In this document: positions 1 through 8,213 of the stretch, one piece after another
Layout: each line of letters opens with the position of its first letter
Numbering within the stretch: the stretch's first letter is position 1
IMG/VR virus record: IMGVR_UViG_3300016476_000660
Location: 1-59,743 of that record
Strand: one strand, 5' to 3'
Source: a virus
Lineage: Duplodnaviria; Caudoviricetes
Length of the DNA: 59,743 nucleotides
The notes under the pieces: model-generated
Databases searched by the model: none
What the model saw: the letters and a program-made list of their open reading frames with translations, nothing else
Told to the model about the DNA's origin: nothing
Program-made: the position numbers and the translations under genes

Positions 1-14
1 ATTTATTTTTTATT
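1..14. repeat. Terminal direct repeat, copy 1 (ATTTATTTTTTATT)
   Basis: Identical to 59730-59743. Suggests a circular or permuted assembly overlap, but the sequence is low complexity. Confidence 0.6.
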
Positions 15-29
15 TTATTTTAGATCTAC

Positions 30-216
30 TGTAACCTACTATAACACTGTAACGAATCAATGGAGCCAAAGGCTTTGAGGGTTACAAAAAAGTTTCAGGT
101 TTCACTCATTTTGATACAAATCGATCAACTATCCTTCCAACTCTGACAATATTGCTTTTTCAGTAATTGCTACAATATCAACCCAACTACGTTGTGTAAC
201 CCTCGACTGTGTAACC
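30..216. repeat. TGTAAC/GTTACA repeat cluster, putative replication origin
   Basis: TGTAAC at 30 and 48, GTTACA at 81, TGTGTAACC at 193 and 208. GGGTTACAAAAAA at 79-91 recurs at 59681-59693. Lies next to an AT-only tract and the primase 3' end. Confidence 0.5.
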
Positions 217-2201
217 ACGAAAGTCGTATATCGATGCGTTTTCCCGTTGATTTTGATCACTTTGCTAGGCTCACTTTCGCCTTGAGCCTCCATAGCACGT
301 CTGATATACTGTGTTTTTGCACGTGCGTCGTAGCCCCAGCGCTCACACAAAATAGATAGTTGCGCAGCTGTGAAAGCAGCTTCTCCGTTGCAATGTTCAC
401 GGGTCCAATCGGCTAATTCTTTGGCAAAAGCTTCTAGTGGAGACTTACTTAGCTCGATAGCTTTCTGCTTATAGGCCGTCATTGGCGCTGGAGCATAGGG
501 ATCAAAATTGCTAATATCACGACTCAAATACCAATCAAGAACGTGAGAGAAGCCGCGCCCTTGGTGAGCTCGAGCCCAGCGCATCATGGCACTAACACGT
601 TCCAGAATATCTTGTTGGCTGAAGGTGGGGCACTTATAGATAGCTTCTCGGCGGCTACTGGCGCCCATGTGAGTGATGTAGGGCTTGTTGGATGTGAACA
701 CGTAATTCACGTAATTTTTGACAGTATATTGGGCACCATATTTGTTGTTGATGAGAATCTCCTTGCCGGTAATGAGATTCTTCAATTTGGCGCTATGGTC
801 ATCTCTATCTGAGCTTGGCTCGTTGACCACCACAAAGATCTTCCCTTTCATGACGCCGTTGAAGTTAGAGAAAAGATCATCTGGCCCGAGCGTTGCGGCC
901 GGAGCGTTTTCCCCCATGCCTAGCATCTCAGCAATGAATTCCGGTATAGCCGATTTGCCCATACCTTCCATGTCATGAATGAACTGTGGCGTTGTATTGT
1001 TACGTCTCCATGGGTATTGAATGACATTAGCTACCCAATCATGCCAATATTTGACAAACTCTGGTTCAGCCTGGAAGAAGTAATCACAAAACTCAAGGTA
1101 CGGCCCTGGATCTCCGGGTATCGGCTCATGAGCCCAATCTCTAAATAAGTTGTATCGCTTATCCGGCGTAATCTGTAGCCCTTGGTACTCAGGATACATA
1201 CCCACTTGCTCTATTTTGCAGCACCGCGGCCACTTCTTATACTCATCCAACAAAGGAATATCCTTGGTGGTGACGTTCCCTCGACTGCTGGTATTGACCT
1301 GAGTGAAGTATTGTTGCGCACTATCTATTTTGGCTTTATTCCAGTTGAGAATAAGACCGTCCTTTAGGCGAATCACATCGCCATTGAAGAGAGCATACTG
1401 CGTCTTGAACTCGTAAAGCTTAGTTTCCATTGTATCAACGCCATTCATAATGGCTGAGGTAGTTGTTACCACACTGGCAAGGCTACCCCCTGATAATAAA
1501 TGGTCGTCAATGGCGTACTTAGATCCGACTCCAGGTCCGAACTTACCGACGCGGCATAGGTGGACCACAGCTCCTAGGCCTCGCAGTGTGACGGCCAGCT
1601 TAGTCTCCGCCATAGCCACCTGCTCATTGGGCTCGCCATCTTCCTCTTTGCCATCATAGTCGAAGATGATGTAGACCACACGATGCTTTTCTTGGAAGCT
1701 GGTTTTGCGCTTCCAGGCGATCTTCATCAAGTCAGAATGCAAAGGTAAGCCAGATTTGTCAGTCCAACTGGTAACGCCTGCCAGGCCAATAGGCGCGTAG
1801 AGACTGCCGTCAGCGGTAATTTGCTTCAGAATTTGATAGGCTTTGAATTCCCCTTCGGTGATGATAATGGGGATATCCACATCCTGAGCGATAGCTTTCC
1901 AATTGGCGCCAGGTGGGAAATAGATATGAGAGCCAGAAGCTCTGGGCTGAGAATACTTCATTTTGCTCTTGGGGAAGAGCAACCTGACTCGATTGAAGCC
2001 AGTAGGCTGGCCTGAGAAATCGTAATAGGGTAATTTGACAGACCACTCTTTGGTGTGACCTAGAAGATCATACGTCTCATCAGGTGTGAGTAATTCTAGG
2101 CCAAGAACTTTGCAATCGGCATCATCAAACTGCCTGTCTGAGATGAAGCTGGTATATAATTGCTCAGGTGATGTTGTTTGGGCGGCGAAACCGGATGACA
2201 T
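129..2201 (-). CDS. Primase-helicase (N-terminal TOPRIM/DUF3854-like, C-terminal SF3/D5-like NTPase)
   Basis: TOPRIM-like IIITEGEFKA and IIFDYD. Walker A EGMGKS, Walker B VVVNE, motif C FTSN. Confidence 0.85.
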   Translation of the reverse strand: MSSGFAAQTTSPEQLYTSFISDRQFDDADCKVLGLELLTPDETYDLLGHTKEWSVKLPYYDFSGQPTGFNRVRLLFPKSKMKYSQPRASGSHIYFPPGANWKAIAQDVDIPIIITEGEFKAYQILKQITADGSLYAPIGLAGVTSWTDKSGLPLHSDLMKIAWKRKTSFQEKHRVVYIIFDYDGKEEDGEPNEQVAMAETKLAVTLRGLGAVVHLCRVGKFGPGVGSKYAIDDHLLSGGSLASVVTTTSAIMNGVDTMETKLYEFKTQYALFNGDVIRLKDGLILNWNKAKIDSAQQYFTQVNTSSRGNVTTKDIPLLDEYKKWPRCCKIEQVGMYPEYQGLQITPDKRYNLFRDWAHEPIPGDPGPYLEFCDYFFQAEPEFVKYWHDWVANVIQYPWRRNNTTPQFIHDMEGMGKSAIPEFIAEMLGMGENAPAATLGPDDLFSNFNGVMKGKIFVVVNEPSSDRDDHSAKLKNLITGKEILINNKYGAQYTVKNYVNYVFTSNKPYITHMGASSRREAIYKCPTFSQQDILERVSAMMRWARAHQGRGFSHVLDWYLSRDISNFDPYAPAPMTAYKQKAIELSKSPLEAFAKELADWTREHCNGEAAFTAAQLSILCERWGYDARAKTQYIRRAMEAQGESEPSKVIKINGKTHRYTTFVVTQSRVTQRSWVDIVAITEKAILSELEG

Positions 2202-2354
2202 TCGTAATCCCTGTAGTGAAAGTGAGGCTCTCTATTGTGCAGATAGAGAGCCTTATTTTTTATCATGACTGCGTAAATCAGATTTTGCTCGTTCAACAAT
2301 CAGAAGTTCGCAATCTCAGAGTGTAAGCGCCACCTCTCGGCAGCACCTGCTACT

Positions 2355-2433
2355 ATTATATTCATCATCCATTGTACATGGATGAAAAATTTATGTAGTA
2401 TTTTCTTTGTGTAATACTTGACTGTTGAAAGGA
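2355..2433. promoter_or_regulatory. Divergent control region between primase and early genes
   Basis: Minus-strand TATAAT at 2355-2360, inverted repeat TCATCCAT-N5-ATGGATGA at 2365-2385, conserved leader motif at 2409-2433. Confidence 0.45.
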
Positions 2434-2438
2434 GCCCA

Positions 2439-2570
2439 ATGACGCAATTACTCTCTATCATAATCATCCTTTTCTGTGGCGCCATTGTGGCTGCACTCGC
2501 AGTTGTTGGCGTTTTATATCTAATGAATGCATTGGAAATGCATGACCCTTGGGATAATGACAATGACTGA
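2439..2570 (+). CDS. Small single-pass membrane protein (43 aa, not in ORF track)
   Basis: AAAGGAG RBS. MTQLLSIIIILFCGAIVAALAVVGVLYLMNALEMHDPWDNDND. Confidence 0.65.
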   Translation: MTQLLSIIIILFCGAIVAALAVVGVLYLMNALEMHDPWDNDND

Positions 2571-2802
2571 TGAGAAATTACGTGCTGCAGCTCGAGACTT
2601 AGGCGAGAATGTGTTGTGGCTTGTCGAGCAAATATTGATCAAGCATAACATGGCCATACTGGAAGGTAGCAAAGAAGCTATTGACGCTGCTGTGGCAGTC
2701 GAGCGTGAGGCATGCGCAAAAGTGGCAGAGGCGTATGAGCCGCGGTGTGATATCTGCCCAAGTGGAGTTGCCAATGCAATACGTGCAAGGGGGATGGCAT
2801 GA
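2563..2802 (+). CDS. Hypothetical protein (EREACAKV...IRAR family)
   Basis: Motifs shared with 3622-3864. ATGA overlap with the next gene. Confidence 0.7.
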   Translation: MTDEKLRAAARDLGENVLWLVEQILIKHNMAILEGSKEAIDAAVAVEREACAKVAEAYEPRCDICPSGVANAIRARGMA

Positions 2803-3263
2803 CCCGTAGAGATTTTTTAAAAGCGATGTTAGGCGCAGCAATGGCCCCTGCGGTGGTCAAAGCTGAGAACATTATGAAAATCTGGACGCCGCCACAAGAT
2901 ATTGTGACGCCTGTCATGCATATCTATGATACTTTTGGTGGTGGCGACTTTACTGCAGAATCATGGGTAATGCCAGTTGCTGCAGGCGTATGGAGTCATA
3001 TTGCATTGGTTCGTGAGGCGGGCGAGATCAAGCGCTATTTGAATGGTGAGTTGGTGAAAGACTTTCCAAAGCATATGGAAGTTACCATTACACCACCACA
3101 AGATAAAAGGGTACTTGCTGTACAGCCTTTTGATGGGTTAATGCAAGATTTGCGATTCACAAAAGCTGCGCGCACTATAGTGCCTACCACACCTCCTGCC
3201 AATATGCAATTGCAATATGCAATTCATATGGAACGCGGCCTAAACGTATTTAACTATAAATGA
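2799..3263 (+). CDS. Twin-arginine signal-like peptide fused to a truncated LamG/ConA-like domain
   Basis: N-terminus MTRRDFLK...VKA. GDFTAESWV, WSHIALVR, YLNG and DLRFTKAAR match the LamG motifs of this phage's fibre genes. Confidence 0.7.
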   Translation: MTRRDFLKAMLGAAMAPAVVKAENIMKIWTPPQDIVTPVMHIYDTFGGGDFTAESWVMPVAAGVWSHIALVREAGEIKRYLNGELVKDFPKHMEVTITPPQDKRVLAVQPFDGLMQDLRFTKAARTIVPTTPPANMQLQYAIHMERGLNVFNYK

Positions 3264-3514
3264 AACCACAAATATTCAAAGTAGGCGATATTGTCGTCAC
3301 AGATACGTATGTTAACGCAACTCTATGGCGCATTACTAAGATCCTTGAAGGCGATGTTGTTGAGGTAGCTTTGGTCAAGTTTGAGGGTGATGAGCCTATC
3401 GATGGCGTGTACCCTATGCGCGATTTTTTTCATCTCAACACCAAGCAAAAAGAGGAGTATCGTGGACGACTACAAGAATATAGAAGCAGAGCTAATAGAG
3501 AAACAAATAGCTGA
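3260..3514 (+). CDS. Hypothetical protein (SH3-like FKVGDIV start)
   Basis: ORF abutting the upstream gene. Confidence 0.6.
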   Translation: MKPQIFKVGDIVVTDTYVNATLWRITKILEGDVVEVALVKFEGDEPIDGVYPMRDFFHLNTKQKEEYRGRLQEYRSRANRETNS

Positions 3515-3635
3515 TGCTGCGTCTATCTATCTTTTTGAAGGTTGGTACTTTATTACCGACCTAGAAAGAATGATCGACGAAGCAAAGCAAGGCAAGCGTA
3601 TGGTAAAGCATGGAGAGAACAATGAACAGGGGTGA
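3462..3635 (+). CDS. Hypothetical protein
   Basis: GAGGAG RBS before GTG 3462. Confidence 0.5.
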   Translation: MDDYKNIEAELIEKQIADAASIYLFEGWYFITDLERMIDEAKQGKRMVKHGENNEQG

Positions 3636-3864
3636 CATTATCCGCATGTTCGAAAAGGCAAACGGCTGGAGCCCTAAAGGATTTGATAACACTTTGGATG
3701 ACCTTGAACGCTTTGCCGCCCTAGTCGCAGCAGCAGAGCGCGAGGCATGTGCGAAGGTGTGTGAGGCGGGAACAGGTGCGCCAGTTCAGATGCGAACGCT
3801 AGAGATTTTGCGCCAAGAGCGTGAACGTATTGCTTACGCTATCCGCGCAAGGAGAGAACAATGA
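3622..3864 (+). CDS. Hypothetical protein (LERFA...EREACAKV...IRAR)
   Basis: GGAGAGAACAATG junction. Paralogous motifs. Confidence 0.75.
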   Translation: MNRGDIIRMFEKANGWSPKGFDNTLDDLERFAALVAAAEREACAKVCEAGTGAPVQMRTLEILRQERERIAYAIRARREQ

Positions 3865-4166
3865 AACCAACACAAGAACAGGTCATTGCATGGGCGCGGG
3901 AGATATGCGGGTCTGAAATGCAGGAATGGAGAGATGGCACAGAGATGGAGTGGCATGAGTTTCATGCCTTGGCTTTGCGCTGTTACGAAGAAGGTCGCAA
4001 GGACGAGAATGAGGAATGCGAAAACCTTTGCAAAGAACCTGAAATAGAGAAGCAGCACATTGATTCCGGAAAGCTAGGCTGGGCGGTTGCCAGTTATCGC
4101 GAAATTAAAAGACCAAAGACCGCAAGAGAATGCGCCAGAGATATCCGCGCAAGGAGAGAGCTATGA
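3861..4166 (+). CDS. Hypothetical protein (TQEQVIAWARE...IRAR)
   Basis: ATGA coupling. Paralog of 4163-4489. Confidence 0.75.
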   Translation: MKPTQEQVIAWAREICGSEMQEWRDGTEMEWHEFHALALRCYEEGRKDENEECENLCKEPEIEKQHIDSGKLGWAVASYREIKRPKTARECARDIRARREL

Positions 4167-4489
4167 ACCTAACACAAGAGCAAGTGATCGCATGGGCGCG
4201 GGAAGCTGGAATGAGCGCACCAAGAGAAATCGTCGTGAACAACTATTGGACTGCTGATTACGATGATCTTGAACGCTTTGCCACCCTCGCCTATGAAGCA
4301 GGGCGAGAGTCAATGAAATGGGACGGAATTCATTCCTGCCATCCAGACTGCCAGCGTCCAGCCTGTGTGCATACAAGAAAAGCGGTTGAGGCAGAGAATG
4401 AGGCGTGTGCGGTAAGAGTGTCGGAAGTGGATGCCGATGGGTGGGAAGTAAACATGGCAGCAATAATCCGCGCAAGGAGAGAACAATGA
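4163..4489 (+). CDS. Hypothetical protein (TQEQVIAWARE, LERFA, HSCHPDCQRPAC)
   Basis: ATGA coupling. Cys/His cluster. Confidence 0.75.
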   Translation: MNLTQEQVIAWAREAGMSAPREIVVNNYWTADYDDLERFATLAYEAGRESMKWDGIHSCHPDCQRPACVHTRKAVEAENEACAVRVSEVDADGWEVNMAAIIRARREQ

Positions 4490-4614
4490 CTGATGGATAT
4501 TACTGTGTGGTGTGTGGCAGGTTCCTTGAGGCCGACGAGTACGGTGTGATTGTGCATGACGCAGTACCTCACCCGGAAACTATGACGTTTAACGAAGATG
4601 AGAGGCCGCAATGA
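4486..4614 (+). CDS. Small putative zinc-binding protein
   Basis: CVVC...H...H. Junction repeat at start. Confidence 0.6.
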   Translation: MTDGYYCVVCGRFLEADEYGVIVHDAVPHPETMTFNEDERPQ

Positions 4615-4853
4615 CTGACAAACAACCAGATGCTTTGAGACTGGCTGAACAGTTGAACAAGGAAATCGTAAGGACTGTGGAGCTGGACATGATGCACCAT
4701 CAAGCCGCAGCAGAGTTACGCCGATTGCATGAAGTCAATGCGGAGTTGGTGGAAGCGTTGAGTGTGGTTATCCGTGGGGTTCCTGATACTTGGGAAGGCG
4801 TACAAAAAGCGAAAGTAGTTATTGATAAATCGAAGGAGAAGAACAATGGCTAA
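4611..4853 (+). CDS. Hypothetical protein (AAAELRRLH)
   Basis: ATGA coupling. Confidence 0.7.
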   Translation: MTDKQPDALRLAEQLNKEIVRTVELDMMHHQAAAELRRLHEVNAELVEALSVVIRGVPDTWEGVQKAKVVIDKSKEKNNG

Positions 4854-5061
4854 GTTACCGTACACAATCACCATATGCCCTGATGAACCGAACCCGAAAC
4901 AGTTTACGGCGATGACACCAGCATTAGTTAATGCGATGCGCTTTGCTGATGACCTGACAATCAACCAGAATCAACTTATCTGGCCTGCATCAAAAGCCGG
5001 AGCGACGGAGATAAACAGCCACAAGAACAAAGCAACCGGAGAGAACAATGAAATTTCGTAA
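4846..5061 (+). CDS. Hypothetical protein
   Basis: AGGAGAAGAACAATG junction. Confidence 0.65.
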   Translation: MAKLPYTITICPDEPNPKQFTAMTPALVNAMRFADDLTINQNQLIWPASKAGATEINSHKNKATGENNEIS

Positions 5062-5431
5062 AAAGCCTGTAATGATTGAGGCAACTAGGTGGTTCAAGAA
5101 TGGCGATCACCCGCTTGATTACAGCAAAGACCACACGGGATTTGATGGCCAAACCTTGCGTACATTTACTGCCTCAGAACGACGCGAGAAGCAATGGGAA
5201 GGAGACATCGTTCGCTACTTCCGCAACCCATACGTCCCCGGCGAAAAGCCCTGCGAACACTGCACTCAGATCATGCACAACCACGGCTGGATCGACACGC
5301 TTGAAGGCGGCCACATCGTCTGCCCCGGCGACTGGATTATTACCGGCGTGAAGGGCAAGCATTACCCCTGCAAGCCTGACATATTTGAGATGACGTACGA
5401 GCCGGTAGGAGAGAACAATGACAATACCTAG
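5048..5431 (+). CDS. Conserved phage protein (PGDYG-like)
   Basis: KFRKKPVxIEA...TLEG...PGDWIITGVKG..YPCKPDIF..TYE signature. Confidence 0.75.
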   Translation: MKFRKKPVMIEATRWFKNGDHPLDYSKDHTGFDGQTLRTFTASERREKQWEGDIVRYFRNPYVPGEKPCEHCTQIMHNHGWIDTLEGGHIVCPGDWIITGVKGKHYPCKPDIFEMTYEPVGENNDNT

Positions 5432-5720
5432 AGAAGTCGGGCAGATGGCGCTGGATGCGTTGGAAATTTTGGCTAAATACGAAAACCCACTAACCAAAAT
5501 ACAGGTTCGCAAGCCGTTATCTGGCGGGCCGATAGTCACTATATACCCTCATAAAGTTGCAGCAGATGCTGCCGAAGCACTCCGCACAGCACTAGCAGCA
5601 AATGAACCGGAGCCGGTGGCGTGGATGGACGCGCACGACTCTACAAACCTCTATTACCGCAAGCCCCCGCAAGGGGATGTTATACCTTTGTATTTTGCGC
5701 CACCAAAGGAAATCAAATGA
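5418..5720 (+). CDS. Hypothetical protein (EPVAW)
   Basis: Junction repeat. EPVAWM motif. Confidence 0.7.
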   Translation: MTIPREVGQMALDALEILAKYENPLTKIQVRKPLSGGPIVTIYPHKVAADAAEALRTALAANEPEPVAWMDAHDSTNLYYRKPPQGDVIPLYFAPPKEIK

Positions 5721-6187
5721 ACTATCGCCTAAAAACAATGGAAGGAATGGACGCCTGTGTGTTTAGCAGCGACATGCTTTACAACGACGAAGAGCGCAAA
5801 CATTTCAAGGCTATGGTCGAGAGGTGGGCAAGGGCGTTGAACGAAACAGAAAATGTCGCCCCACCACAGCAGCCAGAGCAGGAGCCGGTGGCGTGGATGC
5901 ACAACTTTATCGACGATGTTGTTATCGCCCATCGCCCCGTAGATTTAGACCGACACCCTGACCGATGGACTGCGTTATACAAAGACCCAACGCCATGCCA
6001 GACCTGCGAATCTCTAGCCCGTACAGTAATGATGGATCAAACATCGCATGACACACCACAGCGCGAATGGCAGGGGCTGACGGATGAGGAATGGCGGCGA
6101 GTCATGGAAGCTGAAGAAATCAAAGGCGGCATCCCAGTTAAATTCGCTCGCGCCATCGAAGCCAAGCTAAAGGAGAAGAACACATGA
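5717..6187 (+). CDS. Hypothetical mosaic protein (EPVAW, WQGLTDEE, AIEAKLKEKN)
   Basis: AAGGA RBS and ATGA overlap. Confidence 0.75.
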   Translation: MNYRLKTMEGMDACVFSSDMLYNDEERKHFKAMVERWARALNETENVAPPQQPEQEPVAWMHNFIDDVVIAHRPVDLDRHPDRWTALYKDPTPCQTCESLARTVMMDQTSHDTPQREWQGLTDEEWRRVMEAEEIKGGIPVKFARAIEAKLKEKNT

Positions 6188-6699
6188 CAAAAGAATTAGT
6201 TGTCGTGCGTTTCCCGCGACATACACCGCAACATGGCGAAGATTGGATTATTGACCCCTCATTCTTACTTAGGATTTATCACAGCATTGACCCTGATGCG
6301 CACTATGGATTTATCCCGACTATGGAAGAAATTGAAACTGCGTTGCTCGCGTTGGAAGTTATTCCGTCAAAGCTCTACACCACCCCACCACAGCAGCCAG
6401 AACCACCCTGCAAGACCGGAAGCCAATGTGTCGGCGGTAAGTGCGAGCGATGCGCGGTGCAGGAGCCGTGGGGCTATATCTCGCACAGGTCTTGGAAGAT
6501 GCCTGTTTTTGTTGAGGCAGACGACCTTGAGGTAAGCGGATTGCCATTCAACAATCCCGACTACACGCCAGTCTATAAAGCCCCGCCACAGCGCGAATGG
6601 GTTGGGCTGACGGATGAGGAGAGAGACGAAATATGCCTAGGTGATGAGGCTATCGCCCGCGCCATCGAAGCCAAACTTAAGGAGAAGAATAATGGGTGA
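6184..6699 (+). CDS. Hypothetical mosaic protein (WVGLTDEE, AIEAKLKEKN)
   Basis: Paralogous C-terminal module. Confidence 0.75.
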   Translation: MTKELVVVRFPRHTPQHGEDWIIDPSFLLRIYHSIDPDAHYGFIPTMEEIETALLALEVIPSKLYTTPPQQPEPPCKTGSQCVGGKCERCAVQEPWGYISHRSWKMPVFVEADDLEVSGLPFNNPDYTPVYKAPPQREWVGLTDEERDEICLGDEAIARAIEAKLKEKNNG

Positions 6700-7036
6700 C
6701 AACAAGGCAGGCATGTTTATAAGTCCCCCATCTGGTTCCTTTACTTCATGGGAAAACACTATGTGTAACCCGCTTGGGGATATGAGGACACAAACGCAGA
6801 GCGCTTGGCATGATGGTTATGCCAGCGCAAAAGCAGAGTGCGAATGGCAGGGGCTGACGGATGAGGAAATGCTGGTTGCAGCATTTAAGGCGGGTTTCGA
6901 TGTGCATGAAGACTACGACAACGAAGACGATCCTGATGCGCTGCATTGGTGGTCGGAAGATGGGGAGCAGTGTGACTATACGTTACACAAATTGCGCGAC
7001 ATAATCGAAGCCAAGCTGCGGGAGAAGAACACATGA
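6692..7036 (+). CDS. Hypothetical mosaic protein (WQGLTDEE, IEAKLREKN)
   Basis: Paralogous C-terminal module. Confidence 0.7.
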   Translation: MGDNKAGMFISPPSGSFTSWENTMCNPLGDMRTQTQSAWHDGYASAKAECEWQGLTDEEMLVAAFKAGFDVHEDYDNEDDPDALHWWSEDGEQCDYTLHKLRDIIEAKLREKNT

Positions 7037-7239
7037 GTGACCATCATAAAGTCAAAAGTGATTTGTATGGCCGCAAATATTGTTCAAGTTGCCGTATGCA
7101 TCAGGGACAAGAAGGCGGTTCATATAAGGTAACCAAGTCGTCGCAACGTTGGATATGCGCCATATGCACTAAGCGTATGGCAGTTTCTGGATTTTCATTG
7201 AAAGGAAAAGCAAATTATGAAAGAAGTCGTCGTTTTTAA
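7033..7239 (+). CDS. Putative zinc-finger protein
   Basis: CSSC...CAIC. Confidence 0.65.
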   Translation: MSDHHKVKSDLYGRKYCSSCRMHQGQEGGSYKVTKSSQRWICAICTKRMAVSGFSLKGKANYERSRRF

Positions 7240-7459
7240 TGGCACGCAACATAAAATAGAAGCCGTGCAATTCATCCATACACTGGCTGATCGTGATGTT
7301 TTATTGGTAGGCGTGCAAAGTGGTGTATTCCCAATCACGCCATTAGCCTATTTTGCAGTTGACAAAACTATGTTGGCCTCGTTTGCCGACTCGTTAGGGT
7401 ATGACCTCATCGAGAAGCCTATTACAGCGGGAGAAGAAGATGACAGCAATGCGGAGTGA
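7217..7459 (+). CDS. Hypothetical protein
   Basis: TTGAAAGGA RBS. Confidence 0.65.
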   Translation: MKEVVVFNGTQHKIEAVQFIHTLADRDVLLVGVQSGVFPITPLAYFAVDKTMLASFADSLGYDLIEKPITAGEEDDSNAE

Positions 7460-7691
7460 GGAATACGAATCCAATGAGCTTTTTGAATATCTCAAAAAGA
7501 CTTATGGCTTTCACAGTGATTACGCCTTGGCCAAGTTCTTGGCAGCTTCGGCGCCAACCATAAGCCGTATCAATAATGGCAAACGTGCTTTGACCCCTAA
7601 GATGATCCTTTACATTTATGACCGTACGGGTTTACCAATCGAAGACATTCGTGAGATGTTCAAAAAGAAGATCGCAAAGGATAGACTATGA
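7440..7691 (+). CDS. XRE/Cro-like HTH DNA-binding protein
   Basis: SDYALAKFLAASAPTISRINNGK helix-turn-helix pattern. Confidence 0.75.
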   Translation: MTAMRSEEYESNELFEYLKKTYGFHSDYALAKFLAASAPTISRINNGKRALTPKMILYIYDRTGLPIEDIREMFKKKIAKDRL

Positions 7692-7924
7692 AGCAAATGC
7701 ATAAAGAACTAGCACGTGCTGTATTGGCCTATGACGCAGCCATACAGCTTTGTGCTGATGACCCTGAGAAGATGACTTCATTCTGCACGTCTGCAGGCGA
7801 TAATCTGGATGATCTATATTTCCGTATGATGGAGTATGCGCGCTTCATACTCTCTCAGCCAGAGCCTACCAATAATCTGCCACCTAATGTGATCCCATGG
7901 AAAAAAGGAGATGAGAATGGCTAA
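7688..7924 (+). CDS. Hypothetical protein
   Basis: Coupled ORF. Confidence 0.6.
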   Translation: MKQMHKELARAVLAYDAAIQLCADDPEKMTSFCTSAGDNLDDLYFRMMEYARFILSQPEPTNNLPPNVIPWKKGDENG

Positions 7925-8162
7925 GCTCAGCAACTTTCAAAAACAATTCTTGGCAGGCTCCGGGCAAGTCCAAGTCTTTACACAAAAAGAATTCGACGAT
8001 GCAATGGCTTTGGCTAAGGCTGAAATCATGACTGTTGCCATTGAGACCACAAAGCAGGCCATCTTCATAGAAAGAGATGAGTGCGCCAAGATCGCCGAGG
8101 CAGAAGGACAGCCAAATATTGCCGAGAAGATAAGGAATCGCATCCCTACGCAGCGGCAATGA
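7917..8162 (+). CDS. Hypothetical protein (ERDECAKI)
   Basis: GGAG RBS. Motif related to the EREACAKV family. Confidence 0.7.
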   Translation: MAKLSNFQKQFLAGSGQVQVFTQKEFDDAMALAKAEIMTVAIETTKQAIFIERDECAKIAEAEGQPNIAEKIRNRIPTQRQ

Positions 8163-8213
8163 TACAATTTGACAACTATTTGTGCATTTTTTTCGTAAAT
8201 TTGTGCACTTTAC

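Larger units (their letters stand above)
3612..7036 (+). repeat. Array of conserved gene-junction repeats GGAGA(A)GAACA(C)ATG
   Basis: Copies precede the ATGs at 3622, 3861, 4163 (variant), 4486, 4846, 5048, 5418, 6184, 6692 (variant) and 7033. Longer shared blocks at 3841/4143/4466 and 6149/6658/7004. Confidence 0.85.

Noticed and set aside
2096-2563. Short minus-strand ORFs upstream of the primase
   Set aside because: They overlap better-supported genes or the control region, and lack an RBS or motifs.
3612-7036. CRISPR array or integron attC sites
   Set aside because: Repeats are coding, non-palindromic and irregularly spaced hundreds of nt apart. No cas or integrase genes.
7440-7691. 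Lysogeny repressor implying a temperate lifestyle
   Set aside because: Short HTH only. No integrase or partition genes, and PolA keeps Phe at the position equivalent to E. coli 762.
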